Shown here in pieces: positions 20,454 through 30,498 of a stretch of DNA of 64,000 nt (within the stretch, counting starts at the first letter, position 1; every line of letters begins with the position of its first letter). The translations under genes were made by a program, and so were the position numbers. Where the stretch lies: IMG/VR virus record IMGVR_UViG_3300048672_001165, positions 1 to 64,000 of that record. One strand, written 5' to 3'. The notes beneath the pieces are model-generated. The model saw only the letters and a program-made list of their open reading frames with translations. It did not search any database and was not told the DNA's origin. The stretch is from a virus.

Positions 20454-20507
20454 TCGATATCCAGTAGGGGAGGCTTTTATGCCTCCCCCCCTTTTATTTT
20501 TCTTTAT

Positions 20508-20542
20508 TCGAGCTTTTTAAAAGACCATATTACCTCTTTGTG
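20508..20542 (+). promoter_or_regulatory. Early promoter (CATATTAC-N5-TG) for the nvRNAP operon
   Basis: CATATTAC at 20526-20533, followed by a leader hairpin. Confidence 0.6.
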
Positions 20543-20627
20543 ACAGTGCGGTTTCAAAAGAAACCGCTAGCTGTCTAAACTTTCCTTCTCTACAATCCAA
20601 TAAATCCAAAGAGGACGCTTTGTTCAA

Positions 20628-22220
20628 ATGAGTCTGGAACACAGTCAGCATCTGAACGATCACATGTCGGCAGCTAACATCTGCAGTGGCTTGCGCCCTG
20701 CAATGCTTACACAAAGTCCGACATTAAAAACACAAGTGGAGCAAGTCTCTATTGTACGTAGCCCAGACGGCCGTACAGTAGCTATGTCGTTTATTAACGC
20801 CAACTCCAAGTTTGTCAGCACAGTAGCTCCTGTCGACACACAAATTCAAACCAGCCTCAATCAAACATTCATCCAAACGGTACTTATTAACCGTACGGGT
20901 GAGCCGTGTATGGTCACAACGCGAAATGGTGCTCAGCTTCTCAGCAACACTCAGCATAGTGCCAGCACGCGCATGTTTATTGTGCGTCAAATTTATTCTT
21001 TCCCTGATCAAGCGTGTATCAAAGCGTTTGTAGATCAGATGTCTCAAGTGCACGGCAGTATTCGTACAGCTGCTGCAGACCTGCTTCTACAACAAGCCAA
21101 GAGCCACCTAGAAAACAGAAACCGATTTGGTCCTTACCAAATCGTCGTTGACCACCGCATCCCCCATACGGCACTGGAAGCTCAGTCTGCAGTGTACGAC
21201 CCCAATACAGATCTGGTCATTGCGCTCAAGAGTCATCATGACAAAGTGATGCCTCACCCCGGCTGTGACCAAGGGATGGTAGAAAAAGCGTTCAGTGAGT
21301 TTTGCCCTGAAGAAGCTCAGTCGTACTCACAACACCTCATCAAGGTTTGTGTGACGGGCACGCAAACCAAAGGACTTTACTATAAAGCCCTAGGCGCAGT
21401 GCATAGGGTCGAAACCAATACGGCTCAGCCGCCCATGCATCGTTTCATGAACGGACAACTGGGAGAAGAGATTCTCTCAGACTACGTGGAGTTGTATTCT
21501 AATCGACCTTCTGTCATTCTGAAACATGAAGGCGACTATATCACTCATCAAAGTACGGAGCATAAAGAGCCTGTACTGGTCTACCGCATTTCCCTAGAAG
21601 AAGCACGTACTCGCATGGGTCTATTTGACTCAGCGCTTCTTGCAGAAACCAACGGAGACCCAGATAAGGTAGATGCAGTCGCTAGTAAAGCCAACATCGC
21701 AGCACTTGAAGCAGAGATCCTCAACCTCAAGCGTCAAGATGCTATCCAAAAGAACATGTGGTCACAAGAAGATCACGAGCGTGAGATCGCTAAGATCAAG
21801 GTTCAAGCAGAAAAAGACCGCGAAGAAGAGATCAGACGTTTGAATGCAGAGCGACTCCGACTAGAGGAAGAACTCAAGAAAGCACATCTCAATCGCACAG
21901 AGCAAGAACTCAAGATCAAACACGCACAAGTCGAAGCCGATCAGAAACAACGTCACGCAGAAACCAATCACAGACACAGTCAATCAGATCACGAAAGCAA
22001 ATCCAGCATCGAAGGCATCAAACTGGCCGCAGCTGGTATTGGTTTAGCGGTCGTTGTTGCCACAGCGATTGTAAAACTATCTTCTGGGTTTGCAAGCGCA
22101 AGTCTGTTTGCACCAGCTGCTGCGCTGGCTGTGGGAGCTACCGTACTTTCATCAGTATCTTCTACAATCAGCTCAGGCATTAGTGATGCGTGGTCCACAG
22201 TGAAAGGATGGTTTTCTTAA
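20628..22220 (+). CDS. Coiled-coil protein with C-terminal hydrophobic helices (530 aa)
   Basis: GAGGA RBS, E/K/R-rich coiled coil, hydrophobic C-terminal region; directly upstream of the nvRNAP subunit gene. Confidence 0.75.
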   Translation: MSLEHSQHLNDHMSAANICSGLRPAMLTQSPTLKTQVEQVSIVRSPDGRTVAMSFINANSKFVSTVAPVDTQIQTSLNQTFIQTVLINRTGEPCMVTTRNGAQLLSNTQHSASTRMFIVRQIYSFPDQACIKAFVDQMSQVHGSIRTAAADLLLQQAKSHLENRNRFGPYQIVVDHRIPHTALEAQSAVYDPNTDLVIALKSHHDKVMPHPGCDQGMVEKAFSEFCPEEAQSYSQHLIKVCVTGTQTKGLYYKALGAVHRVETNTAQPPMHRFMNGQLGEEILSDYVELYSNRPSVILKHEGDYITHQSTEHKEPVLVYRISLEEARTRMGLFDSALLAETNGDPDKVDAVASKANIAALEAEILNLKRQDAIQKNMWSQEDHEREIAKIKVQAEKDREEEIRRLNAERLRLEEELKKAHLNRTEQELKIKHAQVEADQKQRHAETNHRHSQSDHESKSSIEGIKLAAAGIGLAVVVATAIVKLSSGFASASLFAPAAALAVGATVLSSVSSTISSGISDAWSTVKGWFS

Positions 22221-22282
22221 ACATACTTTTTAAAAAGAAACCAACATAAACATTACTTGCCTTTTTAAAGGAGAGCCTGCAA

Positions 22283-23923
22283 TTGATCCCACGTGATTTA
22301 CGCCAATACATCAGAGCATCAACCCCGCGTTTTAACAAGGAGGTGGCTGGTGGTTTGGTACACCACCACACCTTGTCACACGGAGAAAAGTGGATAGAGT
22401 CCATTTGGCGAATTGTCCAAGAGAGTTTGCCGCCTGGTCTGAAGTATATCGGCTCAGAGCGTTGTACACCTCAAGACGAAATTGCTCAGCTCGCTCGTAA
22501 GCGTTCAGCTATGACGGCGCAATTGGACTTAGCTGAGTCAAATTTCAGCATGCGCCAGTACCACCTTGAATACAACGGAGAAAAACTTCCTCCGGTGTAT
22601 ATGAGGCTACCTTATTTTGCGCGAGGTAACCACATCAGCATTTCTGGCAGCGGTTACGTCGCATCTCCAGTGTGCGCTGACCCCGCTATTTCGGTAGAGC
22701 CTCAGCGAATCTTCATTCGTTTGCTGCAGATCAAACTCACCGTCCAGCGGCTTCCTATCTACTACAACATCAATACTGGTACAGGAGTCGAAACAGTTAA
22801 CGTTGCGCACTCCAAGATTTGGAATGGTGCAATGGCCACAGGTGCCAATGAATCCATTCCAGCCTACACCACGATTGCTCACTACATCTTTGCCAAGTAT
22901 GGCTTGACCAAGACGTTTGAGTTGTATGCCAATTCAGATATTGAATACGGCACACAAGACAAGATCAATGAAGAGAATTACCCCAAAGATAAATGGGTGA
23001 TCTGTTCAGCCAGTCCTAACTTTACCAACTCTTCACGTCGGCGCTACAGTAAGCCGTGTGAGTTGTTGGTGGCAATTCCTATTGAGCAATACCAAAACAA
23101 CTCGATGGCGAAGTATTTGGTCGCAGGACTTTTCTACATCCTGAGCCATTTCACCTACCGACAACACTACATGGACGTGGACGATATCCGCATGTGGCGT
23201 TTGTTCCTCGGTATCTTGATCTTTGGTACCACTCGGCATGAGGGCGCCATTCCTGCAGATATTGATGAACATATATCATCTATGGACAAGTACATTGACC
23301 CTATCGTCAAAGTTAACTTGCAATCCCTAGGGTATGAAATCAACGACATCTATCAGCTGTTCTACTTGGTCTTGAGTAATATCGACAAGTGGATCATCCA
23401 ACGAGACACCGTAGGTAATACGCGTTACGGTAAAGAGCTAAGTGTACTCTACTACATCTACTTTGATCTGACCAGCTCCATCTTCCGGTTCTACTTTGAG
23501 CTGAGTAAGATTGCAAAGAAGTCTGAACTAACAGCTGCAAAAATAGCAGAAGCCCTAAGCACCATTCGTGCAGGCGCAGCATTTGATCTGAAGAAGACCC
23601 ACGGAGAACTGACCGTTGACGACTACGTTGGCGGTATCATGACGTTCAAGCCTACAGCCATGGTGATCCCACAAGCAGACACCACCAAAAACGCTCGTAA
23701 ACCCAGAATGAGCTTGGCTGATGACAAGTTTAAGTTTGACCCCAGTCATGCAACTGTCAACCATCTGATTGCGCCTACCAAAGCCAGTCCAGATGGGTCT
23801 ACACGCCTGAACCCGTATGTCCACCTCTCAGATGGCTGCAAGATCACGCCCAATCCTGAATTTAGCGAACTCATTGAAGCATCTCGCATGATCCTCATTG
23901 GAGCTTATAACCAATACTTCTAA
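22283..23923 (+). CDS. Non-virion RNA polymerase beta subunit, N-terminal part (phiKZ gp123-like)
   Basis: TPRFN..VA.G, LKY.G.ERCTP.DE, LPY..RGN.I.ISG, TIAHYIFAKYG and K..PDG..RLNPYV motifs; size and position after MCP match. Confidence 0.8.
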   Translation: MIPRDLRQYIRASTPRFNKEVAGGLVHHHTLSHGEKWIESIWRIVQESLPPGLKYIGSERCTPQDEIAQLARKRSAMTAQLDLAESNFSMRQYHLEYNGEKLPPVYMRLPYFARGNHISISGSGYVASPVCADPAISVEPQRIFIRLLQIKLTVQRLPIYYNINTGTGVETVNVAHSKIWNGAMATGANESIPAYTTIAHYIFAKYGLTKTFELYANSDIEYGTQDKINEENYPKDKWVICSASPNFTNSSRRRYSKPCELLVAIPIEQYQNNSMAKYLVAGLFYILSHFTYRQHYMDVDDIRMWRLFLGILIFGTTRHEGAIPADIDEHISSMDKYIDPIVKVNLQSLGYEINDIYQLFYLVLSNIDKWIIQRDTVGNTRYGKELSVLYYIYFDLTSSIFRFYFELSKIAKKSELTAAKIAEALSTIRAGAAFDLKKTHGELTVDDYVGGIMTFKPTAMVIPQADTTKNARKPRMSLADDKFKFDPSHATVNHLIAPTKASPDGSTRLNPYVHLSDGCKITPNPEFSELIEASRMILIGAYNQYF

Positions 23924-23937
23924 GGACTGTCCCCAGT

Positions 23938-26900
23938 GTGAACTTTGACCCTAACAAGAAGTACTTCCTACCCTTTGGAAGTTTTCTACAGAAGATCAAC
24001 CAAGAGCGCCTTTATTGGCATCCACTATTTCGGTATGTCTATGCGCTAGCACAAAACGACACGCCCAGTATCCAACACAGCGTCGTCGACACCGCTGTGA
24101 GAAACGTACTGGGGGTCATGACACAAAAGAACTACTCCAGTATCCAACCTGGAGAACAAGCTGGCTTTGAGTGGCTGATGTATGAAGCCCTGCCGTACAA
24201 CTTCCAACAAGCAAGAGTTCATAACCCACTATTGGTGATTCTTTCACAATGGGTCAGAGCTAAGCCTCTGCACGCAAAACTCATTATTGAACTCAGTATT
24301 GTCATTTGGCAATACTTGAAAACACAGCCGCAACTCTGGTTAGATGCTAAGGTAGGCTCTGTAAACCAGTCCGGTTGGCAAACCGATACCAGCTGGCAAA
24401 CAGATATGTTGCTCATGGATAGAGCGACCTATCAAGCTTACAGTGGTTTTGCTGTAGAGTTGCTAGCCACCTATCCGTTCTTGAGTGAGCTTTTTAATGA
24501 GCGCCATCTAGAGCAACAACTCCAAATAGAAAACGACGCTTTCACCACCCTACTTGATCAAGTATGGGCTTGGCTGCAAGCTAATAACTCACAGGCGTTT
24601 TATATCGCTGACCGCGTCGCGTCGCAAATCTCGCCGCAACCTAACCTTTTTGACGAACTTATCGTCACGCCATCCGTACTCAATAGAGCAGGATGTAACC
24701 TTTACCAACTGGTCAGAGAACAACGACTCCAGCGCTACATCAATTCGGCAGACGTGCCAGAGTTGATGGACGCGCAACTAGTGCTCCCGCAGATGACGAT
24801 CTATGGGCAGCCCCAGCCGTCGATTTATCCGACCAAGTTGATGACTCATCAAGACCAACTGGCGCTTCAACAACAAGCAGCCAGCCACCACCGGGCTAAG
24901 CTTCAACGTGCGCGCGAAGAAGACGACCCCCAGTGCTACCCCACCATCGATCCTTACTCCCCCATAGGAAAAACCATGAACCCCCATCAGCATTTTGCCC
25001 AACCTCAGACTGCTGGCGTCCAAATGGCGCCCGGCATTATCATCCCCAATATGGGGCCAGGCTCTGCACCCAATGCAGCCATGCTGGATGATGGCGTGCG
25101 TCGCGTGTCAGGCCTGCAAGGTATCATTGACCCGACGACGGGTCAGCAGTTTACCGCCATGGGCATGATTCAGCAGCCGCAACAACTGCAGCAGCGTCAA
25201 GCTCAACTTCTTCAGTACGGCCAGGCGTTTCGTGTATTTCACAACAACGCCGTCGGCCCTGCCATTTACATCCTGAATCTGCAACAAGTTAGCGCAACCG
25301 TCTTCTTCAACGTGGTCGCGCTGAACAAGATTGAAGAGCAGCAGCTGCCGTTTGCAGCTCGCGTCTGGTACGTGCGCGTGGGCATGTTTGACCGTCAGGG
25401 TCAAGTGCCTGCAGGTACAGTGATTACCGTGCAAGGCAGCCAAGATATTGCGATGCCTCAGCAGCAACAACAAGCACTTCAATATCAACAGCAAGCAGTG
25501 GTTCAGCAACCTCAACAAAGTGGCTACAACGCTGCCCCTATGAACGCAGTGAACGTCACGGTGACTACACCGGCCGGCACGTCGCAACATAAGCCTGTGT
25601 TTGCACAACCTGCCGCAGCACTACCCAAGCCGGCTGAACCGCCTGCTTCTCAGCGCCCAGTGACCTCTACCGACTCAATGACAGACTTCACCTCGCTGTT
25701 TAGCCTGGGTGAGCTGGTGCTGCAAAACCAAAACAAGTTTACTGCAGAGCAGATGAAAACGTCTGCATTTGACCTGTACGGTAGCGTAGGTTTTGTCAAT
25801 ACGACACACGCGCCTTTGGTCATGCGCTACTTGAAGTACCTTCGCTTTTGCGATCAGCAAGCCAAGGAGCAAGCAGCTGCACCGGTACAAGCGCCTAAGC
25901 AAGCCATGCCGCCTGCGCCGCCCCCGGCACAAGTGACTACCCCTGCAGCCCAAACTCCTGCCGTCAAGAGCGACTACGTTTCTCCGACTGGCACACCCGT
26001 GGCTGCGCCTACAGCGTTTGGGCAAGAGCTGAGTCGTCTGGCTGAACAGATCAACCAGTTTGAAGCTGAGAAAGCCGCTAAGGCTGCTCAACAACCTCAA
26101 CAAAATGAAGTAGCTCGGCGCATGGCTGAAATCCGTTCTGAAAAGACGGAGCACGGTACTGTCGACCACGTGGGTACTCCCGAAGCCAATGTGCAAATGC
26201 GGGTGCGCCTGGCAGCGCACGCTCGCGCTCGTGCGGACCTGATGAACCAGATGATGCTGTCATGCCGCCTGCACCAGCATGCCGTGCGTACAGCTCGGAT
26301 GGCTGAAAAACTTATTCGTGATAGCGAAGGTCTTCAATCGTCAGTCATTGCCACCATCAACAGTGCCCATGAAATCGTCAAGGAAATTATTCCTGTAGAT
26401 GAAACGTGGACAGGAGATGAAAATCCTCTGCTGTCTGATGAAGAAAAGCAGCAACTGGCCGAAGAAGGTGTTGATCACCGGGTAGATGTGAAGTACAACC
26501 TCACCGAAGAAGTGGTGAGTCGCATCAGCGCCATGAGCGTAGATGCTGCGCTCAACGCTTCTGCTCTGTCTCGCCACGACATGTGCCCGAGCAACGAGCT
26601 GGAAATCGGCAAACCGGCACCCATGCTGCTCAATACCCACATCATCACCATTGCGCTACCGTCGGGTGACACTTACAACATCGTCGACGACTTCCTGAAG
26701 AAGATCGCCAGCAATGACATCTGCACAGTCGAAGGCGCTCAAAAGCACCTGGCTGACACCATGGTCCGTCTGGAGCGTAGCGCCAATGATGAAATCTTTG
26801 ATCCGACGGACGTAGATCAAGTCGGCAATAGCCGCCCCATGAACGAAGTCACCGAAGTGGTCAATGAAGAGCAGGTGGTTTACCTGCGTGCTATCGATAC

Positions 26901-27564
26901 GGTAGCACACATTGACCGCATTCTGACCGAAGCATGCAACCGCATGCTGCGTGAACGTTTTGGCATCATTGACGGCATCAACTGCTTTACTGAACAAGCC
27001 CATCAAATCCCTGATCTGCTGGCCCACTTGGCCATTACGCAGATCAATGCTCAGGGGGGTGAAGCACAATTCAAGGACTTGGATTCTCCGTCTGACCACC
27101 CGCTGGTGCAAGCCTATGTGGCGTCGTGGAACGATCTGGCATTTGAGCCCATTAAGGAACTCATCCGCACTCACGTGCTGGGTGAAGGTCAATCCTGGGC
27201 AGGTCCGATTGATGTGCTGACGGACGATCCCAATCACCAGCGCATGAATGCACAGTTCCATCGCCCGATAGTGGTGATGAACGTGCAAGCGCCTCTGGCA
27301 GCTCTGGGTATCAAGCTGCCGTCTTCTGGCCGCGGTGTGGCCGTTGACGCAGAAGTGTCCATGCTCTTCGGCTCTTTGGCCACCGCCATGTCGCAACACT
27401 TCGATTTCAGTGACATCAAGCGAAGCGATCAGCGGCCGTACTACTTTGACGGCCTCTACGTGCAGATGCTGGGCGGCGTGACCGTCAAGATCTGTGAAAA
27501 CCCGCTTGCCAAATTTGACGCTGCACAAAAGCCGTACATGGTCAGCCGCGTGCCGTCCAACTAA
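23938..27564 (+). CDS. Large hypothetical protein with Q/P/A-rich low-complexity centre (1208 aa)
   Basis: AAGGA RBS, long ORF, possible internal in-frame start at 24976. Confidence 0.75.
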   Translation: MNFDPNKKYFLPFGSFLQKINQERLYWHPLFRYVYALAQNDTPSIQHSVVDTAVRNVLGVMTQKNYSSIQPGEQAGFEWLMYEALPYNFQQARVHNPLLVILSQWVRAKPLHAKLIIELSIVIWQYLKTQPQLWLDAKVGSVNQSGWQTDTSWQTDMLLMDRATYQAYSGFAVELLATYPFLSELFNERHLEQQLQIENDAFTTLLDQVWAWLQANNSQAFYIADRVASQISPQPNLFDELIVTPSVLNRAGCNLYQLVREQRLQRYINSADVPELMDAQLVLPQMTIYGQPQPSIYPTKLMTHQDQLALQQQAASHHRAKLQRAREEDDPQCYPTIDPYSPIGKTMNPHQHFAQPQTAGVQMAPGIIIPNMGPGSAPNAAMLDDGVRRVSGLQGIIDPTTGQQFTAMGMIQQPQQLQQRQAQLLQYGQAFRVFHNNAVGPAIYILNLQQVSATVFFNVVALNKIEEQQLPFAARVWYVRVGMFDRQGQVPAGTVITVQGSQDIAMPQQQQQALQYQQQAVVQQPQQSGYNAAPMNAVNVTVTTPAGTSQHKPVFAQPAAALPKPAEPPASQRPVTSTDSMTDFTSLFSLGELVLQNQNKFTAEQMKTSAFDLYGSVGFVNTTHAPLVMRYLKYLRFCDQQAKEQAAAPVQAPKQAMPPAPPPAQVTTPAAQTPAVKSDYVSPTGTPVAAPTAFGQELSRLAEQINQFEAEKAAKAAQQPQQNEVARRMAEIRSEKTEHGTVDHVGTPEANVQMRVRLAAHARARADLMNQMMLSCRLHQHAVRTARMAEKLIRDSEGLQSSVIATINSAHEIVKEIIPVDETWTGDENPLLSDEEKQQLAEEGVDHRVDVKYNLTEEVVSRISAMSVDAALNASALSRHDMCPSNELEIGKPAPMLLNTHIITIALPSGDTYNIVDDFLKKIASNDICTVEGAQKHLADTMVRLERSANDEIFDPTDVDQVGNSRPMNEVTEVVNEEQVVYLRAIDTVAHIDRILTEACNRMLRERFGIIDGINCFTEQAHQIPDLLAHLAITQINAQGGEAQFKDLDSPSDHPLVQAYVASWNDLAFEPIKELIRTHVLGEGQSWAGPIDVLTDDPNHQRMNAQFHRPIVVMNVQAPLAALGIKLPSSGRGVAVDAEVSMLFGSLATAMSQHFDFSDIKRSDQRPYYFDGLYVQMLGGVTVKICENPLAKFDAAQKPYMVSRVPSN

Positions 27565-27679
27565 TTCACCCCTACCGAGCAGCCGTTGACAGCGCGCTAG
27601 AGAATCACATTTTCTAGCGCGTGTTACTGTCACCTCACCCGTACGCCTGGCAAGCCCAAGCGTACACTGAAAAGCATAT

Positions 27680-27750
27680 CGGCATAAAAACCCTCAGGTC
27701 ACCAATAGGTGCCTGAGGGTCTCAATGGCCTTTTATGCCGTTTTCTTTTT
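27680..27750. terminator. Bidirectional terminator flanked by CGGCATAAAA and TTTTATGCCG
   Basis: ACCCTCAGG/CCTGAGGGT stem between convergent genes. Confidence 0.75.
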
Positions 27751-30388
27751 ACTGGTCTGCTTCAGGAGCACCAAGTTCGTCAGGGCCAGTTTCGCCCTCA
27801 CCACCACCCATATCGTCTTGGCCAGCGTTGTTAAGGTTTTGCATATCAAGGTCAGCCGCTTGACTGATTGGTTTGGTCTTAGCGACCACACGCATACAGC
27901 TGCGCACCATGGCTTCCAAGTGACGGGTCATCTCTTCCATGAGGATAACCTGCGGACGACCATCTTCAGTTTCTGCCACCAGGGCACCCAGCTCAGGCAG
28001 GAAGTTGTGTTCTGCCATCCACTGTCGTGAGAAGTGAGACAAGATCATGGCCTTAATGGCGTCGACTCGCCCAGACATTTCACTGCCTGCTACACCGTCA
28101 TTGAGAATTTCAGATGAGATGTAAGCATCAATGGCTTCAGTCATGGCCTCCTTCCACGTGTCGTAGTTGGCCTTTTGACCTTCCATCGTGACAGTGGGCG
28201 GCTCAGGCAAAGTCACTTCAATGCCGTCAATGAACTCTTTCAGAACACGGTTGATCAAATAGAACTTACCACGCTCTTCACCCAGACGACCAATATAGGC
28301 TTTTTCTTCTGGAGTAAATGCATACTTGACGTTGTGGATATTGTCTTTGACCAGTTGTTGAAGTTTCTCAAACATGGCACGGTGGTGCATGAGATACTTC
28401 TTAAGATGGGCACCCAGCTGAGGTGTGAAGTCTTGTTGGTACTGCAAGACTCGCTTACCCAGCAAGATGTTATTGGCAGTCACTGTAGTGGCCAGGTCTC
28501 CTGCAAATCCGTTATCGATGGTTTGGGGTGATAGGCTCAACCCCATGATGGAGAGCTTCTTAAGGCTCTCAGAGAGATCGGGATCTGCTTTGGTGTACTG
28601 CGTGTTGGTTTGGCTGAAATCGACTTTCAGCTGAGGAAGGTCCGGGTGGCCTGAGAAGTTCCAATCATAGCCTGCACGAGAGAGAAACTCCGTGATGTCG
28701 CTGGGGTTGGTAATACTCAGAGGAAGATCAAGCTGGCGTGAACGAACAATGTCATGCTGAGCGCGCTCAATTGTCTTGAGAGGATCAGGATCATCTTCAG
28801 GCAGCGTCATTTCAACGTGGGTGCGGCCAATGCTGTTACGCACAGCAGCAATCACGTCGTTGAATTGAAGCACACTACGCAGTGTATTGACGGTAGAAGT
28901 TTCATCCAGCAACGAGCGACCGATACCGTGGTCGTCGTAACTGAACGCCATATAGGTCATGTACTCCAGAGGGATATAGAGCACTTGTGTGTACTTCTTT
29001 TGCAGAGTACGAGACAGCATGACACGGTAAAACTCGTCATTAGTCGCTATCTGAGCAGACGTGGAGTGTACGCCGTTCTTAATGCGTGCAAGCAGATCAC
29101 GTTCCACAATGTCGGCGTAGACATGGGTAGCCATGTCCATGTGCAAGCCGTTACGTACATCAAAGCTACTGTGGTCACCCAGGTTAGCGTTGATCTTACG
29201 CATGATTGAGTTACCTAGGGTGTTGTCCATGCCAGGGCCAATACCGCGGCCCAGTGAATCGTTGTAAGCGTCTTCAGTGGACATGGCAATGGGGTTACCC
29301 TCATTGTCCAGTAGAGCAAAGTAGCCAATATGCTTCTTTGGATTACCTGGCACATGCACAGGCAAAATAGACTCCGAAGGAAACTTCATGCACAACGGCA
29401 TGCCAATTGAGCGACGGGTCAGCTCAGCTTGACCTTGCAGACGAGAGGTGATCTCGTACTGAAACTGTCGATTGGGGTAGAGGTTTTGTTCAATCTTCAA
29501 GTCAGACACCTTGCCCGTATTGCTGATTTTTGCAGGGTGTTGTTGTCTGCGAATCTCATCAATTTCAGCTTCTAAGCTGAACGAGTTTGTCTTAGAAATC
29601 ATGGCCCGGCTGATGCTGGCATGCTTCAAATGCTCATGCACCATCGGGAACTTCAGCACCATCAAATTGTCAGTGACCGTGACGTACTCTTCTCGGCCGT
29701 AGGAGCCGTCAGCTTCTTTCACTTGAATGTGCGGATCAATTTCATCAGCTTTCTTTGTGGTACGAAAAGCTTCTAAAGAAAGACCACGCACTTTTTCTTT
29801 ATTAGAATCCGTACCGCTTCCCAAGATACCTGTGTTACGGGGCAGACCCTCAGGCGTCACGTAAGGTGAGAGATCACTCTCAGACGCGATGCTGATGGAG
29901 CCGTTGATGAATGCATCAATGGCGTTCTCAGGAATGACAGCAATCGGGTAGCTGCCCTTTTCCCCTAGGATATCTCGAAGGATTTCAGGAAGCAATGTTT
30001 TGACTTTGTACTCTTGCTCAAAGTGAGTCGTGATCTCCTGGATCAACGTACTCGCTAGTTCACTGGTCACGATGTCGCGGGGCGGTTTATAACCCACTTC
30101 CGTTGTGACCATATCGGCAGGAGCCAGAATAGAACTCACCAAGATCCTCAAGCCCATGTCCAAGTCAGGAAGGATCTTGAGAACAGTCGCCGCATCAGCG
30201 TTTTGCTTACCGCGCCGAGCAGACTTGCGCTTATAAATCGATAGATCAGGAATCGCCGTTTGACGATTACCTTGATTATCTCGTACAGTTACAGTGCGGT
30301 CATTCGGTACCGCCTTGGACAGCATAGCTGCTGTCTGGGGATCTGAACGCACAAACCTGGAGAACAGAAAATCATTGTCAGTTGTCAT
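27749..30388 (-). CDS. Portal protein (phiKZ gp129-like)
   Basis: 879 aa. LPDL...ILVSSILAP.DM, GSYPIAVIPENAID, P.ES..PVHVPG.P..HIGYF.LLD.EGNP and G.G.SLLD motifs as remembered for phiKZ-like portals; S-x-E cleavage sites. Confidence 0.75.
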   Translation of the reverse strand: MTTDNDFLFSRFVRSDPQTAAMLSKAVPNDRTVTVRDNQGNRQTAIPDLSIYKRKSARRGKQNADAATVLKILPDLDMGLRILVSSILAPADMVTTEVGYKPPRDIVTSELASTLIQEITTHFEQEYKVKTLLPEILRDILGEKGSYPIAVIPENAIDAFINGSISIASESDLSPYVTPEGLPRNTGILGSGTDSNKEKVRGLSLEAFRTTKKADEIDPHIQVKEADGSYGREEYVTVTDNLMVLKFPMVHEHLKHASISRAMISKTNSFSLEAEIDEIRRQQHPAKISNTGKVSDLKIEQNLYPNRQFQYEITSRLQGQAELTRRSIGMPLCMKFPSESILPVHVPGNPKKHIGYFALLDNEGNPIAMSTEDAYNDSLGRGIGPGMDNTLGNSIMRKINANLGDHSSFDVRNGLHMDMATHVYADIVERDLLARIKNGVHSTSAQIATNDEFYRVMLSRTLQKKYTQVLYIPLEYMTYMAFSYDDHGIGRSLLDETSTVNTLRSVLQFNDVIAAVRNSIGRTHVEMTLPEDDPDPLKTIERAQHDIVRSRQLDLPLSITNPSDITEFLSRAGYDWNFSGHPDLPQLKVDFSQTNTQYTKADPDLSESLKKLSIMGLSLSPQTIDNGFAGDLATTVTANNILLGKRVLQYQQDFTPQLGAHLKKYLMHHRAMFEKLQQLVKDNIHNVKYAFTPEEKAYIGRLGEERGKFYLINRVLKEFIDGIEVTLPEPPTVTMEGQKANYDTWKEAMTEAIDAYISSEILNDGVAGSEMSGRVDAIKAMILSHFSRQWMAEHNFLPELGALVAETEDGRPQVILMEEMTRHLEAMVRSCMRVVAKTKPISQAADLDMQNLNNAGQDDMGGGEGETGPDELGAPEADQ

Positions 30389-30498
30389 GGGTAAGTCACC
30401 GCGTGAGTGTAAACAAACAAGTAAGAACTAATAAGAGACTAATATATTTTGTATAGAATTCATTTTTTATTCTTTTTCATTTTTGAAAGATGTGATGT

